Source: Sulfolobales archaeon (GTDB lineage: Archaea; Thermoproteota; Thermoprotei_A; Sulfolobales; AG1). From it: a DNA stretch of 64,000 nt. The notes beneath the pieces were generated by a model that saw only the letters and a list, made by a program, of their open reading frames with translations, was not told the DNA's origin and searched no databases. The stretch spans positions 128,001 to 192,000 of the forward strand of contig JAWBYA010000001.1 in NCBI GenBank assembly GCA_038867615.1, read 5' to 3'. Position numbers and translations under genes: made by a program. Below are positions 1-9,770 of this stretch, one piece after another (position 1 is the stretch's first letter; every line of letters begins with the position of its first letter).

Positions 1-90
1 CATAGAGATCTAGCTAACATGCTGGCATTAACCATCAGGACAGAACGACGTGTTAAAGAGCTTAGCACAAGTACCTCTTGGGTGTGCTGA

Positions 91-1530
91 TTGGATACAC
101 TAGCTGGGAGTGAGAGGGAGAAGATAGATGTCGAGAGGATCAAGGGGGCTTTCGAAGAGATAGGTCTAGAGACCAGGCGACAGGATATCGATGTGGCTTT
201 ATGGGAGCATGGTGAGTGCTTTGTTGATGATATTAAATGCGTCCCCATACCCCCAACGCCTGGAGGGTTTGTAGAAGGTGTTTTGACAAGCGATATAGGT
301 TCTTGCAGTGATAGGGTTTTAATAGCACCGACGACGAGCTTTCCGGATAATATGTGGAATATATATAATGAGGCTGTTGAGAGGGGTGCGAGGGCTGTTA
401 TATTCTATGACCATTACCCCTCTAGGTATAGGAAGATAGTTGTCTCTGGGGTTTGGAGCTATGGGTTGAGGGTTAGATCTCCGGCACCTATACCGTCTGT
501 CCATATAAGGCTTGAGGATGCTGTCCCCCTGATCAGAAGGGGTATTGGTAAGAAGGTATCGATCAGCGTTGCAACAAGGATCAGGATGTCGAGGGGATCT
601 AACGTGGAGGCTATAATACCGGGCAAGAGCGAGGGATCGATTCTAGTGTCAGCCCACCATGATAGGTGGTTCGACAGCTATAGGGATAACACTGTTGGTG
701 TGGAGACTCTCCTCCAAATAGCCCTGCATAGCAGGAAGCTTAGAACGCCTAGGCATGAGATAAGGCTGGTAAGCTTCACAGCAGAAGAGATCGGGGATCC
801 CGGGATGCCTGCCTGGTACTGGGGATATGGGTCTAGATCCTATGCCGCAAGCATAGATGCTAATAACATACTGATCGGGTTAGTAATAGATACGGCTCAC
901 AAAACCCCCTTAAGGATCTCCTATACATCGCCAGACCACGCATATAAGATCTTTGGAAGACTAGATCTAGATATAGAGCTAGAGGGTTATGGACACCCAT
1001 ATACAGACGCCCCCTCGCTATGGATGCGGGGGATACCTACTATAACAATCCATAACCTCCAGGATCTCTACCCAATATACCATACGGATCTAGATGTTAG
1101 GGAGGGCTATAGAGGCTTTCCATCGATATTGGGGAAAGAGATCCTGGGGATACTGCTAGACCTAGATCCGAAGGGCGTGGGGGCTGAATACCTTCTCAAG
1201 GATCTAAAGGCTAGGATGCCATACGAGCTCTTCAGGAGGATCGAGGAGAGGGCTTCTAACAAACCCTACGAGCTTGCTAGATGCGTGAACATGGTTACAA
1301 TGAGGCCTCTCTTCATAGGCAGTTATAGGGAGCTTTATAAAGACATGCTCACAGATCCTTTCCCCTCATGGTACGCTCTTGCAAGTGCTTCTAAAGGATC
1401 TAGGGAGCAGGTAGTGATCCCTGGTGATGAGAGGATCATATATGGAGGGGGAGGGGCTGAGGAGAGGGGTAAGATACTTAGCGAGGCTATCGCCGAGGTT
1501 GAGGAGATGCTTAGATGTATATCCACATAG
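91..1530 (+). CDS. M28-family metallopeptidase with PA domain
   Basis: 479-aa ORF with SAHHD, DN and FTAEEIG Zn-binding motifs, a YHT..D C-terminal motif and a PA-like 'GARAVIF' segment. Confidence 0.75.
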   Translation: MDTLAGSEREKIDVERIKGAFEEIGLETRRQDIDVALWEHGECFVDDIKCVPIPPTPGGFVEGVLTSDIGSCSDRVLIAPTTSFPDNMWNIYNEAVERGARAVIFYDHYPSRYRKIVVSGVWSYGLRVRSPAPIPSVHIRLEDAVPLIRRGIGKKVSISVATRIRMSRGSNVEAIIPGKSEGSILVSAHHDRWFDSYRDNTVGVETLLQIALHSRKLRTPRHEIRLVSFTAEEIGDPGMPAWYWGYGSRSYAASIDANNILIGLVIDTAHKTPLRISYTSPDHAYKIFGRLDLDIELEGYGHPYTDAPSLWMRGIPTITIHNLQDLYPIYHTDLDVREGYRGFPSILGKEILGILLDLDPKGVGAEYLLKDLKARMPYELFRRIEERASNKPYELARCVNMVTMRPLFIGSYRELYKDMLTDPFPSWYALASASKGSREQVVIPGDERIIYGGGGAEERGKILSEAIAEVEEMLRCIST

Positions 1531-1532
1531 CT

Positions 1533-2939
1533 TTATAGAAGTATAGAGGGCGATCCTGGTGTTGCATACACACATCTGATCCCAGAACCCTGTAGATCAC
1601 GGCTCTTGGGATCTATGCTTAAGATCTTCTTGGAATCAACTATAACGATCCTATCCTTCCCACTAAGCCTAGCGATCATATCGACCCCGAGTCCTTTATA
1701 AGCACTATGATCTGTTACCACTATCACACCATCAGCCCCCCTCAAGGCTTCTTCGAGATTGCTGGTAAGCCTCACGGCCAAGCCTTGTCTCCCGCTCCAG
1801 CTCTTTACATAGGGATCGTGGATCACTATGTCTCTAACACCCCTTCTAGCGAGATGCTCCACCACGCCATATGCTGGTGAGTTCCTATCATCATCAACAT
1901 CACCCTTATAAGCTAGCCCTAGAATCGCGATCCTAGCCTCTCTAGCATCGATCCCGAGGGTTTCGAGCTCCTCAACAAGGATCCTTACCACATAGCCCGG
2001 CTGATCCTCGTTAACCCTCCTAGCCCTAATCATAGCGGAGTTCCAGACCCAGTCCTCGCCAACACTCCAGGCGAGTAGGTATGGCTGATATGGGAGGGAG
2101 ACGCCTCCGACACCGCTTCCAGGGCTATGGATATCTATATAGGGGTTTGTTTTGGAGACCCTTATCACCTCCCATATATCTACTCCAAGCTTTCTCGCGG
2201 CTCTGGCAAGCTCGTTTGCTATGGCTATGTTTGCATCCCTATACACTCCCTCGGCGATCTTCTCGAACTCTGCTGCTGTTGAGCTGCTCATCACTATAAC
2301 ACCCCCATAGATCTCTTTAAACAGGATCTCGAGGATCTTTGGGCTTTTCTGATCAACGCCCCCAATGATCTTTGGATACCTGCTAGAAAGATCCTCGAAA
2401 ACTTTCTCAATACCAACCCTCTGGGGGCTGTATGAGAGCCCGAAGTCTTTCCCACAAACCATGCCCGATAGATCCTCAAGGATCCTCCTAACCCTCGTCG
2501 CAGTAGTCCCTGGAGGCACTGTTGTTTCGAGAACAACAATATCTCCAGCAGATAGCCCCATAGCTATGGTCTCAACAGCCTTATCCACCGCTGTGAATAC
2601 AGGACCCCTGGATCCCCAGTTGAGGGGTACGTTGATCATTTTAACATCGCTCCTCCTAGAAGCCTCAACACCATCATAGCTCAGCTCTAACAAACCCTCT
2701 CTATAACCCTTAGCTATAAAATCCCTAACCATGTTATCAATATGCCTTATAGAGCCTCTCTCTATCTCCCTAAGCCTCTCCCTATTCTCATCATAACCAA
2801 TAACCCTGAAACCCCTCGATATAAGCACGGCTGCCACAGCAGCACCAACATAACCCAGCCCGTATACTGAGAACACCACCCTCCTCTCCCTAGCAAGCCT
2901 AGCCGCTTCCTGAAGATCCGCAAAATAGATCTTCAACAC
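1533..2939 (-). CDS. Nucleotide-sugar dehydrogenase family protein (UDP-ManNAc/UDP-Glc dehydrogenase-like), atypical active site
   Basis: GLGYVG Rossmann motif, ETTVPPGTT, AEFEK, GLAYKGDVDD.RNSP; canonical GGHC motif reads GGVS. Confidence 0.85.
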   Translation of the reverse strand: MLKIYFADLQEAARLARERRVVFSVYGLGYVGAAVAAVLISRGFRVIGYDENRERLREIERGSIRHIDNMVRDFIAKGYREGLLELSYDGVEASRRSDVKMINVPLNWGSRGPVFTAVDKAVETIAMGLSAGDIVVLETTVPPGTTATRVRRILEDLSGMVCGKDFGLSYSPQRVGIEKVFEDLSSRYPKIIGGVDQKSPKILEILFKEIYGGVIVMSSSTAAEFEKIAEGVYRDANIAIANELARAARKLGVDIWEVIRVSKTNPYIDIHSPGSGVGGVSLPYQPYLLAWSVGEDWVWNSAMIRARRVNEDQPGYVVRILVEELETLGIDAREARIAILGLAYKGDVDDDRNSPAYGVVEHLARRGVRDIVIHDPYVKSWSGRQGLAVRLTSNLEEALRGADGVIVVTDHSAYKGLGVDMIARLSGKDRIVIVDSKKILSIDPKSRDLQGSGIRCVYATPGSPSILL

Positions 2940-3160
2940 TAAATCCCCAAACGAGTATAGAACCCGATATTATTATAAACATGTGGGTTTAGTGGAAAGG
3001 ACTAATTCGACATAACTTGATTCGTGCCTTTAGCCATAGGTTGATGGAGCTTCTATAAGATATTGATATTAAGGATCTAGTAGAGGAATTGATATAACAA
3101 GTTATAACTTAAGGTACGCTTATGCATGGGGGACTAGGTTTTTACTCTGATGATCCTTAG

Positions 3161-3652
3161 TTATACATCGCTTAAGCCTATTATGTAGAGATAATATGTT
3201 CCTATCCTGGCTGGTGACGATACCCTCATGGTTTTGACTTCTTTCCACCCGGAGATTTCGAAGTCGAGGCTGATTATCCTTGTACCCTTTTTAAGCTCTG
3301 CCTTGAGTTTGGGTTTCAGGAGATCGTTAACGCTTCTGAGGAGATACATGTAGACAACGGTAGCATCGGATAGATCTACTCTGAATATATCGTCCCTCAC
3401 AAACCTTATCATATGATCCACGCCCTCGGCTTGAGCGTTGGTCATGGCTCTTTTGATGAGCTCTGGGTTTAGCTCGACGCATACCGCTCTAGCCCCCCTT
3501 TTTGCTGCAGCTATCACTATCCTTCCATCTCCACATCCAAGGTCGTATAAAATATCGCCTTTACCCACGTTCGCCAGATCTAGTGCCTGTTCGATGAACT
3601 CTTCCCTTGTAGGGACCCAGGGAACCCTTATACCCTCGTAGTAGCTTACCAA
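3161..3652 (-). CDS. Class I SAM-dependent methyltransferase, aKMT/FAM173-like protein-lysine methyltransferase
   Basis: PWVPT, YDLGCGDGR and VVYMYL motifs; ORF is open to 3715 but TTG at 3652 has a GAGGGG RBS. Confidence 0.75.
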   Translation of the reverse strand: MVSYYEGIRVPWVPTREEFIEQALDLANVGKGDILYDLGCGDGRIVIAAAKRGARAVCVELNPELIKRAMTNAQAEGVDHMIRFVRDDIFRVDLSDATVVYMYLLRSVNDLLKPKLKAELKKGTRIISLDFEISGWKEVKTMRVSSPARIGTYYLYIIGLSDV

Positions 3653-3770
3653 GCTATTCCCCCTCAAGTAGAGAGAATATCTGCGGCTAATAATCTTTAT
3701 CCACATAACTATCAACAGATCTAAGCTCTCCTGGCTTTTATCCTCGCAGCGATATTTTTCCCGGGGTTTT

Positions 3771-4820
3771 ATGGCTAGGAGGATCGAGGTGATAATACCG
3801 AGCAGCCATGCCCTCCACAGGCCTTTCGATCAGCATCCCGAAAGACCCGAGAGGATCGATATGGTACTGAGAGGCCTATCTAGGAGGGGTTTTGAGACGA
3901 TCATCAAGAGACCCACAAGCAGACCAAAGGAGGTTTTATACACAGCCCACGACCCCGAGTACGTTGCCCTGATCGAGAGGCTTTCCAGGAGTAGGAGGTA
4001 TATAGATAGCGATACATATGTTACAGAACATAGCTTCCAAGTCGCGATCGAAGCCGCATCAGGATCTATAGATGCTGCTGAGAACATAGCCTCAGGCTCT
4101 AGGCTAGAGATAACACTCCCAAGACCGCCTGGGCACCATGCTGGAAGATCTGGGAGTGCTTTAGGAGCACCAACCCAGGGGTTCTGTCTGTTTAACAACG
4201 CTGCTCTAGCAGCCCTCAGGCTTATTAACATGGGCTTTGAACCAATAGCTATAGTTGATATAGATATACACCACGGGAACGGTACCCAAGAGATCTTCTG
4301 GGAGGATCCAAGGGTAATACATATAGATCTTCATGACTCCAACATCTACCCAGGTACTGGCTGGTATATAGATATAGGATCTGGCGAAGCCATGGGGACA
4401 AAGATCAACATACCCCTTATAGCCGGGAGCAGGGATCCGGAATATATATACTCATGGCTAGAGCTCGTCGAACCAGCCATAGGCTTCTTCAAACCAAGAG
4501 CACTCATAATATCAGCCGGGTTCGACGCCCACGAGGGAGAGATGATGGGTTATGTGAAGCTAAGCAGCGATCTATACGGATGGCTTGGATCAAGGATCAG
4601 GTATCTCTTAGAAAAAACACCATCAATATCAGGGGTCTTGGTCGTGCTAGAGGGAGGATACGGCTCAGGGCTTTACGAGGGTCTCCCAGAATTCATCCAC
4701 GGCCTCTTAGGAGGCGATGTAAGAGATCTTGAGGCAACCGCTAAGAAGGCTAGGAGAGAGCACATCGATATGATAGGCTCTATTAAAAGGCTGATAAATA
4801 AATACTATAAAATATATTAA
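3771..4820 (+). CDS. Histone deacetylase family protein (Zn-dependent deacetylase/acetylpolyamine amidohydrolase)
   Basis: HPERPER, RPPGHHA, GFCLFNN, DIDIHHGNGTQ, SAGFD, LEGGY. Confidence 0.92.
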   Translation: MARRIEVIIPSSHALHRPFDQHPERPERIDMVLRGLSRRGFETIIKRPTSRPKEVLYTAHDPEYVALIERLSRSRRYIDSDTYVTEHSFQVAIEAASGSIDAAENIASGSRLEITLPRPPGHHAGRSGSALGAPTQGFCLFNNAALAALRLINMGFEPIAIVDIDIHHGNGTQEIFWEDPRVIHIDLHDSNIYPGTGWYIDIGSGEAMGTKINIPLIAGSRDPEYIYSWLELVEPAIGFFKPRALIISAGFDAHEGEMMGYVKLSSDLYGWLGSRIRYLLEKTPSISGVLVVLEGGYGSGLYEGLPEFIHGLLGGDVRDLEATAKKARREHIDMIGSIKRLINKYYKIY

Positions 4821-4858
4821 GGATTTCTCCTTGTAGGATTCGCGCCTAACCAATATAA

Positions 4859-5272
4859 CTGTTTGTCCCTAGATGTTCATTTTGTTTTTCATGACTGCAC
4901 TCAGAGACTTCCACCCCTCCCGCAGGGATCTTGGGGGCTGTTTTTAATATAAATAGGGAGGGTTAATAGGTTTTGGAAATGTTCGTGAATATTGGGGACT
5001 GCATACCTGAAGCCACTTCCCCATCAATACGCAGAAGATATTTATAAGCTTTAAGAGAGATTGCTCTTAGCGTGAGCCCCCACATGCCCCCGGATAGCTC
5101 AGAGCCTGCTCCCATTGCTATTCGGGGGAGCAGGCTAAATGAGAGTCACGTGCTGTTTGGTTTGATGGTCACCCCGACCCCGCAGGGTTAGAGACCCTGC
5201 GGGTAGAGGTAGAAGTCCCTGGATATGATCATGAAAACAGAATGATTGGAATGAACATCTAGGGGCAAATGG
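4859..5272 (+). mobile_element. Non-autonomous IS607/tnpB-derived element, family A copy 1
   Basis: Inverted termini 4859-4880 and 5251-5272 match at 19/22; internal TATA (TTTATAAG ~5041); hairpins 5103-5136 and 5179-5203; homologous to 41302-41660. Confidence 0.65.
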
Positions 5273-5480
5273 CTCTTATCCTTAGTCTCGACTATATTTG
5301 GATAGCCCTTACTAATAGCTCTCTTGCGCTGCTTCGTCTTATTGCTGCTAGGGCTTTAAGATGGGTAATATACCACCTTACCTCCTAGCATATCTGGTAA
5401 TACTGGTTTCTCAATAGCGATCCTTAAAGATCTTGGACTTGATATTTATTACTCCCTTAGTTTTTTTTGAGGGTAAAAGT

Positions 5481-7100
5481 ATGTGGGGCTTAGTTACGGG
5501 TCGTTTAAGGAAGCGCCTTCTGATCCTGACTGTCTTAACTATACTGCTAGCCGGTTCAGGATTAGCCCTATACTATGGCTTGGTAGATGTGTTTAGAGCA
5601 GGCTCTGGGGTTAAGCTCACAATATCACTCTACGATGTTAACGCGGATGATAGGATGCTCTTAGACGCGACATCCATACTCGACAGACCAGAGGTGCTAA
5701 TGTACCTTGAGGTTAACGCCATAACACCTCCGGGTTTCAAATGGGCTGATGATCTTGTGCCCCTACTCAGAGATACCGTGAAAGCTAGGAGGGAGATTTA
5801 TATCCAGTCAGAGGAGTTTCGGGAGATAGCTAGGGGGTGGGTTTCGATATATATGTCTAGGGGTGGGGATCCTGAGCAGACATACTCAGGGCTCGTAGTC
5901 AGATTATTTATATTCAACAACACATCGAGAGAGATTATTTTTGATGCCTACGACTCGGTATCATATAAGCCCTCAGAGGTTGCTAGGGGCAAGGCTGTCG
6001 TGATAGATATAACGTTGCTGAGGGGATCTAAGAAGCCTATTAAGCTAAGTGTTGAACATGGCTATGTAAGCGTCTTCGAGAGCTCAAGGTCTAAGATTGA
6101 AAAGGTGTGGCTAGACGGTTGCCCAGCTTACTTATATCGAAAGCTAGTTGCTGAGATTAAGCCTGAGGATCTAAAATCGAAGCTACCGGCCGAATACTTC
6201 TGGGACTATAATGGGCGCACATACATAAAAACACCAGTACTAATAGCTGAGAACACACACTCATATAGTGGTACTGTTGGGGTATCTATTAGTATAGGCG
6301 TACAGAATGAGAAAGTAGGTGTCTACCCAACATTTACTTCAGGTAAGATACTTGAGCTTATAAAGAAGGGTGAGTGGCCGAGCGTTACACTATGGAAGGG
6401 TAGTGGGTTCACGTGGGGAGGATCAACTTATTATTATGGTTATAACGATCTAGTGAAACCACTTGATAGTCTGTGGATGTGGGTGTGGGCTAGACCGGTC
6501 TATAGGGTGTATGAGGTTTACATTGTCTATTGTGTTACTGAGGAGTATATCGGGGATGATGTTGAGAACGTGATAGGGGATATGATAACCAGTGGTTCGA
6601 CAATTCTGGGAGGCATGAACCGAGGGCTGCCTCATAGTGAGCTTATGAATACGCTCTTCAGCGGTACCAACGAGGCCAGGCTCTCCATACCTGGCACGTT
6701 CCTAGAAGATGGAGACCTAGATCCGGGTGAGTATGTGGAGCTGAGGCAGATCTTCAGATACTTTGACACATGCGGAGACGACTTCGAAATAGGTATCCCA
6801 GCGGGTGCGATAGCAGCCTTGGGCATATGTGCCGCCTTAGGCCTCCAAACCGGGAGTACTGCATGCACTGTGGCTGTAGCATTCGCCTCGACATTCCAGC
6901 TATCCATATCGGCCGAAGGTGCATCTATACACATTAGCGGTAACGTAGTTAACCACGGGGATCACCCATACGTAGACGGCGATTACAACGTGTTCGAGAT
7001 CGTCTATGCGAGGATTAGCAAATATCAGTATAAGAAGGATACTATCTTTGGCACCTGCTACTTCAACGTACCAGCGGGAATACACTTTAGGTTCGATTAG
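5481..7100 (+). CDS. Hypothetical secreted or membrane-anchored protein, Cys-rich C-terminal half
   Basis: Long ORF (open from 5433; ATG 5481 follows GAGGGT); basic N-terminus plus hydrophobic helix; no family recognised. Confidence 0.75.
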   Translation: MWGLVTGRLRKRLLILTVLTILLAGSGLALYYGLVDVFRAGSGVKLTISLYDVNADDRMLLDATSILDRPEVLMYLEVNAITPPGFKWADDLVPLLRDTVKARREIYIQSEEFREIARGWVSIYMSRGGDPEQTYSGLVVRLFIFNNTSREIIFDAYDSVSYKPSEVARGKAVVIDITLLRGSKKPIKLSVEHGYVSVFESSRSKIEKVWLDGCPAYLYRKLVAEIKPEDLKSKLPAEYFWDYNGRTYIKTPVLIAENTHSYSGTVGVSISIGVQNEKVGVYPTFTSGKILELIKKGEWPSVTLWKGSGFTWGGSTYYYGYNDLVKPLDSLWMWVWARPVYRVYEVYIVYCVTEEYIGDDVENVIGDMITSGSTILGGMNRGLPHSELMNTLFSGTNEARLSIPGTFLEDGDLDPGEYVELRQIFRYFDTCGDDFEIGIPAGAIAALGICAALGLQTGSTACTVAVAFASTFQLSISAEGASIHISGNVVNHGDHPYVDGDYNVFEIVYARISKYQYKKDTIFGTCYFNVPAGIHFRFD

Positions 7101-7423
7101 ACAAAGGATTCCCGCCCTATTAGTAGAGATCTATGGTTTATTTTTAACCTAATAATGCGGGGTTAATAGTATTGCCTAGAGGCTTAGAGCGCGCTCCTAT
7201 CATCATCTAGAATCAATATAGAGATCAGATCATTGTTGAAGACCATTTTAATCAAAGATTATAAATATTTCCTACGAATATCGAAAAAGCTCCAGATGAA
7301 TTTATAAACATTTTTAGAACCCAATAGAATAGGTTTCTATCGTTGCCTAAGCTTTATATCAAAGCCGTGATTTCAAAATTCTCCTTTTACCTCTTAGAGG
7401 AGAGTTGTAAAAGCTAATAGCTA

Positions 7424-8494
7424 TCAGAAACTACTAACAAACCCTCTGAGGAGTGATGAATAGTAGCCATACATATGATCTCTGAAGAGTCTCATCTCAT
7501 CTATATACCCAGGATCAATGTTCCTCTCCTTTCCAAGAGCTGCTGACGCGATCCCAAAGACCATAGCTATATATAGGGCTTTCGAGAGATACCCAACACC
7601 TCCCGGAGGATTTATTTCCAGAACCTCGATCTCTGGGTATTTTTCCGAGAGTTTTTTGAAATATCCCCTGAGGGCTAGATCCTCACCTAGATCCTGATCT
7701 ACTATATGTATAACAAGAGAACCCCTACCGCTTCTTAGAGACGCAACCTGGTTATGACCCATCTCAGGCATTTCGAGAGGCTCTGAGGGGATTGCAGCGT
7801 TCTCACTGAGCTCGGTGCGTATTCTATGGATTATTGGGTAGTAGGGGCGTGTCGCGGCTACGGAGATTCTTTTTCCATGGGATAGTGCTTCGTCTATTTT
7901 TGATGCTATCTCTAGACCTAGATCCTCTATAGATCTTCTCTCCCTGTCGAGGAGCTCTCTCGCCTCGGCAAGATCCCTCTCTATATGGAGATTAGCCCCA
8001 ACACATCTAGAGATCTTATCAATACCAACAAGCATTGATGGTAGCTCCACCCTTGGTAGAGATCCTTGGTTGAGCATGAATATTGGTAGGGATTCTCTCT
8101 CAGCTATTTTTAGCATGGGCCCGCCGCTGGTAACAACACCTACTAGTCTCTTCATAGATAGTAGATCCTCTAGGATCTTTATGGTCTCCAGTGTTGTTCC
8201 AGAGTAGCTTACACACACCGCTGGGAGGTTTTTTGAAGAGATCCTCGGATCTAGATTCACAGAACTAATGCTCCATATATGTGGAGGAGAACCCCTTATG
8301 ATCGAGAGGGATTCGAGGATCCTTCCAGGAGCTCCTGAACCACCTATACCTATTATTAAGAGCTCCTCTCTCTTCTCACCACGCTCTTGGCAATTTTTTG
8401 GCGGTATCCCCAAGGACTCGGAGATCTTCTCAGGCCATTCCAGGTAACCCTTATAGAGATGATCTATTGTTATCCTATGTCTCACGAGATTCAC
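7424..8494 (-). CDS. Bifunctional phosphoglucose/phosphomannose isomerase (SIS domain)
   Basis: GIGGSG, SYSGTTLET, TSGG, ENA...PEMGHN. Confidence 0.8.
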   Translation of the reverse strand: MNLVRHRITIDHLYKGYLEWPEKISESLGIPPKNCQERGEKREELLIIGIGGSGAPGRILESLSIIRGSPPHIWSISSVNLDPRISSKNLPAVCVSYSGTTLETIKILEDLLSMKRLVGVVTSGGPMLKIAERESLPIFMLNQGSLPRVELPSMLVGIDKISRCVGANLHIERDLAEARELLDRERRSIEDLGLEIASKIDEALSHGKRISVAATRPYYPIIHRIRTELSENAAIPSEPLEMPEMGHNQVASLRSGRGSLVIHIVDQDLGEDLALRGYFKKLSEKYPEIEVLEINPPGGVGYLSKALYIAMVFGIASAALGKERNIDPGYIDEMRLFRDHMYGYYSSLLRGFVSSF

Positions 8495-8711
8495 CTTCTT
8501 TGGACTTCATGAGGCTATATATATAGGCTGAGATCTTGAGGGCATATAGAGATCCTGAGAGGAGTGTAAAGCCTATAAGGGCTGATAGTAATGAGGATCC
8601 AACCATAGCCCTCTCCATATACCCTAGAGAGTATATTAGAAAGATGATCGCAAAACCAGCCATGACTATTGCTAGAGTGATATATATGAGCCACCTAACA
8701 TTATCCCTCAT
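8475..8711 (-). CDS. Small two-TM membrane protein
   Basis: 78 aa, two hydrophobic helices, overlaps the start of the downstream gene. Confidence 0.65.
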   Translation of the reverse strand: MRDNVRWLIYITLAIVMAGFAIIFLIYSLGYMERAMVGSSLLSALIGFTLLSGSLYALKISAYIYSLMKSKEGESRET

Positions 8712-8799
8712 AGAGCCACCTAAGAAAATATCTCACAGGGGGTATAGATTTGCGTAGTCACCAGCAATTACATTTCATCCATAGAAGATCCTTTGAACA

Positions 8800-9549
8800 A
8801 TGGTGAGGATCTCTATGCCAAGCATAAATGAGATCAAAGCCGAGATACGGCGAAAAATATGGAGAGCAATGGATGAGAAGGGCGTCTCAAGACCCCCTAA
8901 ACCGATCGAGGAGAGGATACCTAACTTCGTGGGAGCAGAAGAGGCTTGTGAAAAGGTATCAAGACTCCCAGAGTTCCTCAGAGCATCTGTGATCAAGATT
9001 AACCCAGACTCTCCTCAAACCCATGCTAGATACCTTGCCCTCTCTATGGGTAAGATCGTTATTATGCCGACCCCCAGGCTTAGGGAGGGTTTTCTACTCC
9101 TAAACCCCCAGAGGATTCCTAGGGATAGGCTTCGTGAAGCCTCCACTATAAGGGGCTCTTTCACATGGGGTTTGAGGGTTGGGCTTAGAAACATACCTAA
9201 GGTCGATCTTGTTATAGTAGGCTCTGTCGCTGTTAACCTAAAAGGGGCTAGGGTTGGTAAGGGGGGAGGGTATGCTGATCTCGAGTACGGTATATTGAGA
9301 GAGCTTAGTGCTGTTGACGAGAACACACCGGTTATAACCACGGTGCACGATATACAGATCCTGGATCAAGAGATCCCTATGGAGGATCACGACCTCCCTG
9401 TAGACATGATAGTAACTCCATCCAGGATCCTGAGGATCGAGAGGGTTTATAAAAAGCCCAAGGGGGTTTACTGGGATAAACTGGATAGCAGGGCGTTTAG
9501 AGAGATCCCTGTGCTCAAGGAGCTCAAAGATCTGGTTGAATCTAGATAG
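8800..9549 (+). CDS. 5-formyltetrahydrofolate cyclo-ligase family protein (COG0212/MTHFSD-like)
   Basis: RIPNFVGAE, NPDSPQ, PTPRL, GARVGKGGGYADLE, TTVHD, HDLPVD. Confidence 0.88.
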   Translation: MVRISMPSINEIKAEIRRKIWRAMDEKGVSRPPKPIEERIPNFVGAEEACEKVSRLPEFLRASVIKINPDSPQTHARYLALSMGKIVIMPTPRLREGFLLLNPQRIPRDRLREASTIRGSFTWGLRVGLRNIPKVDLVIVGSVAVNLKGARVGKGGGYADLEYGILRELSAVDENTPVITTVHDIQILDQEIPMEDHDLPVDMIVTPSRILRIERVYKKPKGVYWDKLDSRAFREIPVLKELKDLVESR

Positions 9550-9770
9550 CCAGTTTATAAGTTTCTCCGACATTTATTCCTAATAATGAGGTAAAAATCA
9601 TAGATCTATAGATCTTCATAACAGTTATGCCCCGAATAGCTGCATAAGAACAATACTCCGAGATTCTCTATCTCGCTAGCCCTACAGGCTAAGAAGCCCT
9701 AGATATAAAGATAAGATCGATAGATATAAGGGGATGCTAGGGTAAACGGTATAATATATTCGAAGAGCCT

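Noticed and set aside
5088-5140. CCCGGATAGCTCAG, resembling a tRNA 5' end and D-arm
   Set aside because: No anticodon arm, TTCRA T-loop or acceptor-stem complement; it is part of the family A element.
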